From Basidiobolus meristosporus CBS 931.73 (Eukaryota > Fungi > Basidiobolomycota), in NCBI GenBank assembly GCA_002104905.1, contig MCFE01000022.1, forward strand, positions 124,001 through 188,000: DNA of 64,000 nt, read 5' to 3'. The notes under the pieces are model-generated. The model was given only the letters and a program-made list of their open reading frames with translations, searched no databases and was not told where the DNA came from. Positions 61,401 through 64,000 of the stretch are shown piece by piece. Within the stretch, counting starts at the first letter, position 1, and each line of letters opens with the position of its first letter. The position numbers and the translations under genes were made by a program.

Positions 61401-63118
61401 CCTCCCCCATTCTCATAGGCCTCTTTGGAGTGTCATGTTGGCTCAAGACTCATCGACATTGGCCGTTATCGCTTGCTACTTCCTGTTGGAGCTCACGATC
61501 CAATAAGCGATAGTGATCGGGACTCATAGTTACACCATGTTGTGGGAAAGGGGATGGTTAACCGGCAGGAGATATACCCGGTAGGTTCTGAGCCATTTCA
61601 TTTTACCCGAGTCCTACCCCATGGTTTTTGATGGCTCTTTCGTAAACAATTGGAAGCTACGAAAAGGCCCGTAGGTCACTGAGGTCTTAACTTGGTGATT
61701 GCAGGACAAGGGGCACTTCGTGAGTAAACTTGGGCCTCGGTTGCCGCTTAAACGAAATGGCAGCTGCAGATGATGAAAAATTCCCACATCCTCAATACAT
61801 CATTTTGACACCTGTAGTCTCCTCGTGTCAAGGCAGAGTGATGAGAATGGGTCTATCGCGTCTCAGATCACCGGATTTCCACGCTGTATTACTGGATAGC
61901 TATCAGGGAACAAGGATCACTTGATATTGTAACTGGAGGGAGCTGATTCATTTGCTATCAAATACGTTGCCCGGCTGTCCATAGGATAATAATTCCCCTA
62001 TCTGAATATTTCCCATGCCTCTTTTACTATATAAGACTTAATCATTCGCGCCTCGAAGTAAAAGGAAAATATGGGCTCGGTTGAAAATATACACGGGCCT
62101 CTGAATATGCATTGATAATATATATGGCCCACTGGATATCAGAGCAATCTTAGCACTAAACTAGTTGTGATGCCTGCGGCGAAAATGGCTGATAATGTGA
62201 CATGCGGGTTATAGGAATGGTTCCGATACACGGCGTTGGCGTGATGGAGCCAAGCAATGCATCGGATTATCTGGCTTTTTATTGGAGGATGCAGGACGAA
62301 TCATTGGGGTGGTTCGGAAGGCCAACTTCGTGTACCAGTACTTCGGGTAGTCCACATTAGGGCTGTCTGCTACTTGGGTTGAGGATAAGATTTAGGCTTC
62401 GAGGTGAAGCTTACTCTATCCCTAATGCCATTAAACACCCTACAAGTGTTGCAGGTTGCCGGCCCTGACCCAGCTGCTGCTCCGTTAGAGAGGTAATCCT
62501 CAGATTAAACAATGGCAGATGATTCACAATTGCCTTTTCGGGGCAACCGATCTACACATATGGACCTATGTTTGGGAATAATTTAATTGCTATTAAACGG
62601 CAATAAACAAATTGGCAAACATTCAGAGATTGGTGGCGAGATGAACAATGATTGCTGCCTTTCATTACGCTAAACGATGAGGTGTATGTTTGAGACGAGA
62701 TGGATGGTGGTTAGTAAGTGTGCTTAAGTGAAGCGGGCCTAATCAGGGAATGGATTCAGTCGAAATTAAAATCCTGCCAGCCAGTAGCTAGCTGTTAGTT
62801 TCATCTTACCCCAAATCAAGGCAAATCTGAATGTCAGCATAGCAACTAAAACAAACTTGATTCGGGGCTCGGGAGAAGAGGACACTACACTCACCGAAAT
62901 GTCTTCACCTGTCTTGGTGGATTGATTTGCTGAAACCTGGTTGATTGTTAGGTAGCTTGAAAGTTGATCCATTATGTATGAACAGTCATTTGCCTGGAAA
63001 TGGGTTTGGCTCATGGTCATTTGATATAAAAAATCATCAGGGCCGCCTACGGAACCTCAGACCAGTGAACATTTATACTATCTGAGGTCGTAAGTAATCT
63101 CTGCGCTGTTCAAAGAAA

Positions 63119-64000
63119 ATGTCCAAGGAGGAAGGCAAGAAGATAGAGCTTGAAGAGCATGCTCACCAGGAGATGGCTGAAGAGATCTCCCCCGAGCTGG
63201 AGGATCTCTTGCACACCGATCCGTCCACAGGTCTGACTACGGCCGAGGTTGAGCAGCGATTACAGCAGTTTGGCCGAAACGAGTTGATTGAGAAAAAAAG
63301 GAATCCTATACTCAAGTTTCTTGGTTACTTCACTGGTGCCATCGCGTACCTAATTGAGATTGCTTGGATTCTCTCCGCTGTTGTACAGGATTGGGTTGAT
63401 TTTGGGATTATCGGTGCACTACTATTCATCAACGCCGCCATTGGGTTCATTGAAGAGGCCAAAGCTGAGAATGCGTTGGATGCCTTGAGGAACACTCTTG
63501 CCTTGAAGACTCGTGTCTGGCGTAACGGTGACTTGATTGAAATCGAAGTAGCTGAATTGGTTCCTGGTGATATTATTGTCTTACGTCTGGGTGATATCGT
63601 CCCTGCTGATTGCCGTCTTCTTGGAATTGGTGTTCATGGTGAGCCAGTTGAAGGAAACCTCCAAATCGATCAGTCTGCCTTGACTGGTGAGTCACTCCCC
63701 GTCAGCAAGGGCAAGGGAGCCACTGCCTACTCGTCCTCCATTGTCAAGCAAGGTCAGCAAATGGGTGTTGTTACCAAGACCGGAGAACACACCTTCATCG
63801 GCCGTGCTGCCACCCTCATGTCGAACACCAACGAGCAAGGTCATTTCCAGAAGATCATCAACAAGATCGGAAACTTCTTAGTTATTGTTACTGTTGTATT
63901 GGTTGTTATTATCTTCATAGTTCTTATGGTCAAGAGCCACGGCCAGAACGTCCTGAAGGTCTTGGGTGACGTCCTTGTGTTGACTGTTGCTGCTATCCCA
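63119..64000 (+). CDS. PMA2: Second plasma-membrane H+-ATPase paralog; 5' part only, runs off the window
   Basis: Open frame from ATG 63119: MSKEEGKKIELEEHAHQEMAEEISPELE...DQSALTGESLP...VLTVAAIP. It is absent from the ORF track because no stop falls within the window. The symbol only denotes a second copy. Confidence 0.93.
   Translation, partial: MSKEEGKKIELEEHAHQEMAEEISPELEDLLHTDPSTGLTTAEVEQRLQQFGRNELIEKKRNPILKFLGYFTGAIAYLIEIAWILSAVVQDWVDFGIIGALLFINAAIGFIEEAKAENALDALRNTLALKTRVWRNGDLIEIEVAELVPGDIIVLRLGDIVPADCRLLGIGVHGEPVEGNLQIDQSALTGESLPVSKGKGATAYSSSIVKQGQQMGVVTKTGEHTFIGRAATLMSNTNEQGHFQKIINKIGNFLVIVTVVLVVIIFIVLMVKSHGQNVLKVLGDVLVLTVAAIP

Overview
This is a gene-dense eukaryotic (fungal) window with short GT-AG introns. 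Gene content and protein style suggest an early-diverging fungus, possibly Zoopagomycota such as Basidiobolus; this is an inference, not an identification. The core genes are SNRNP40-like WD40, glycerol-3-phosphate acyltransferase, NAB2-like, AUR1, an aldo/keto reductase, a ZNF706/DUF1909 microprotein, exportin-T (LOS1), ADE6 and PMA1. There are four transcription factors: Zn2Cys6, a WC-2-like PAS-GATA protein, C2H2 and a divergent HMG box. Accessory content includes a decayed Ty1/copia element, AT-rich decayed islands sharing an inverted-repeat family, two unrelated tyrosinases, a tandem pair of secreted Gly-rich proteins with a shared Cys-containing C-terminal module next to a secreted M20 peptidase, and a second, divergently oriented PMA1 paralog sharing a near-identical tract of about 320 bp. 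Several genes show small frame discontinuities, which could be assembly indels, micro-introns or real lesions. I recognised no rRNA, tRNA or CRISPR array. All homology calls are by eye; no searches were run.
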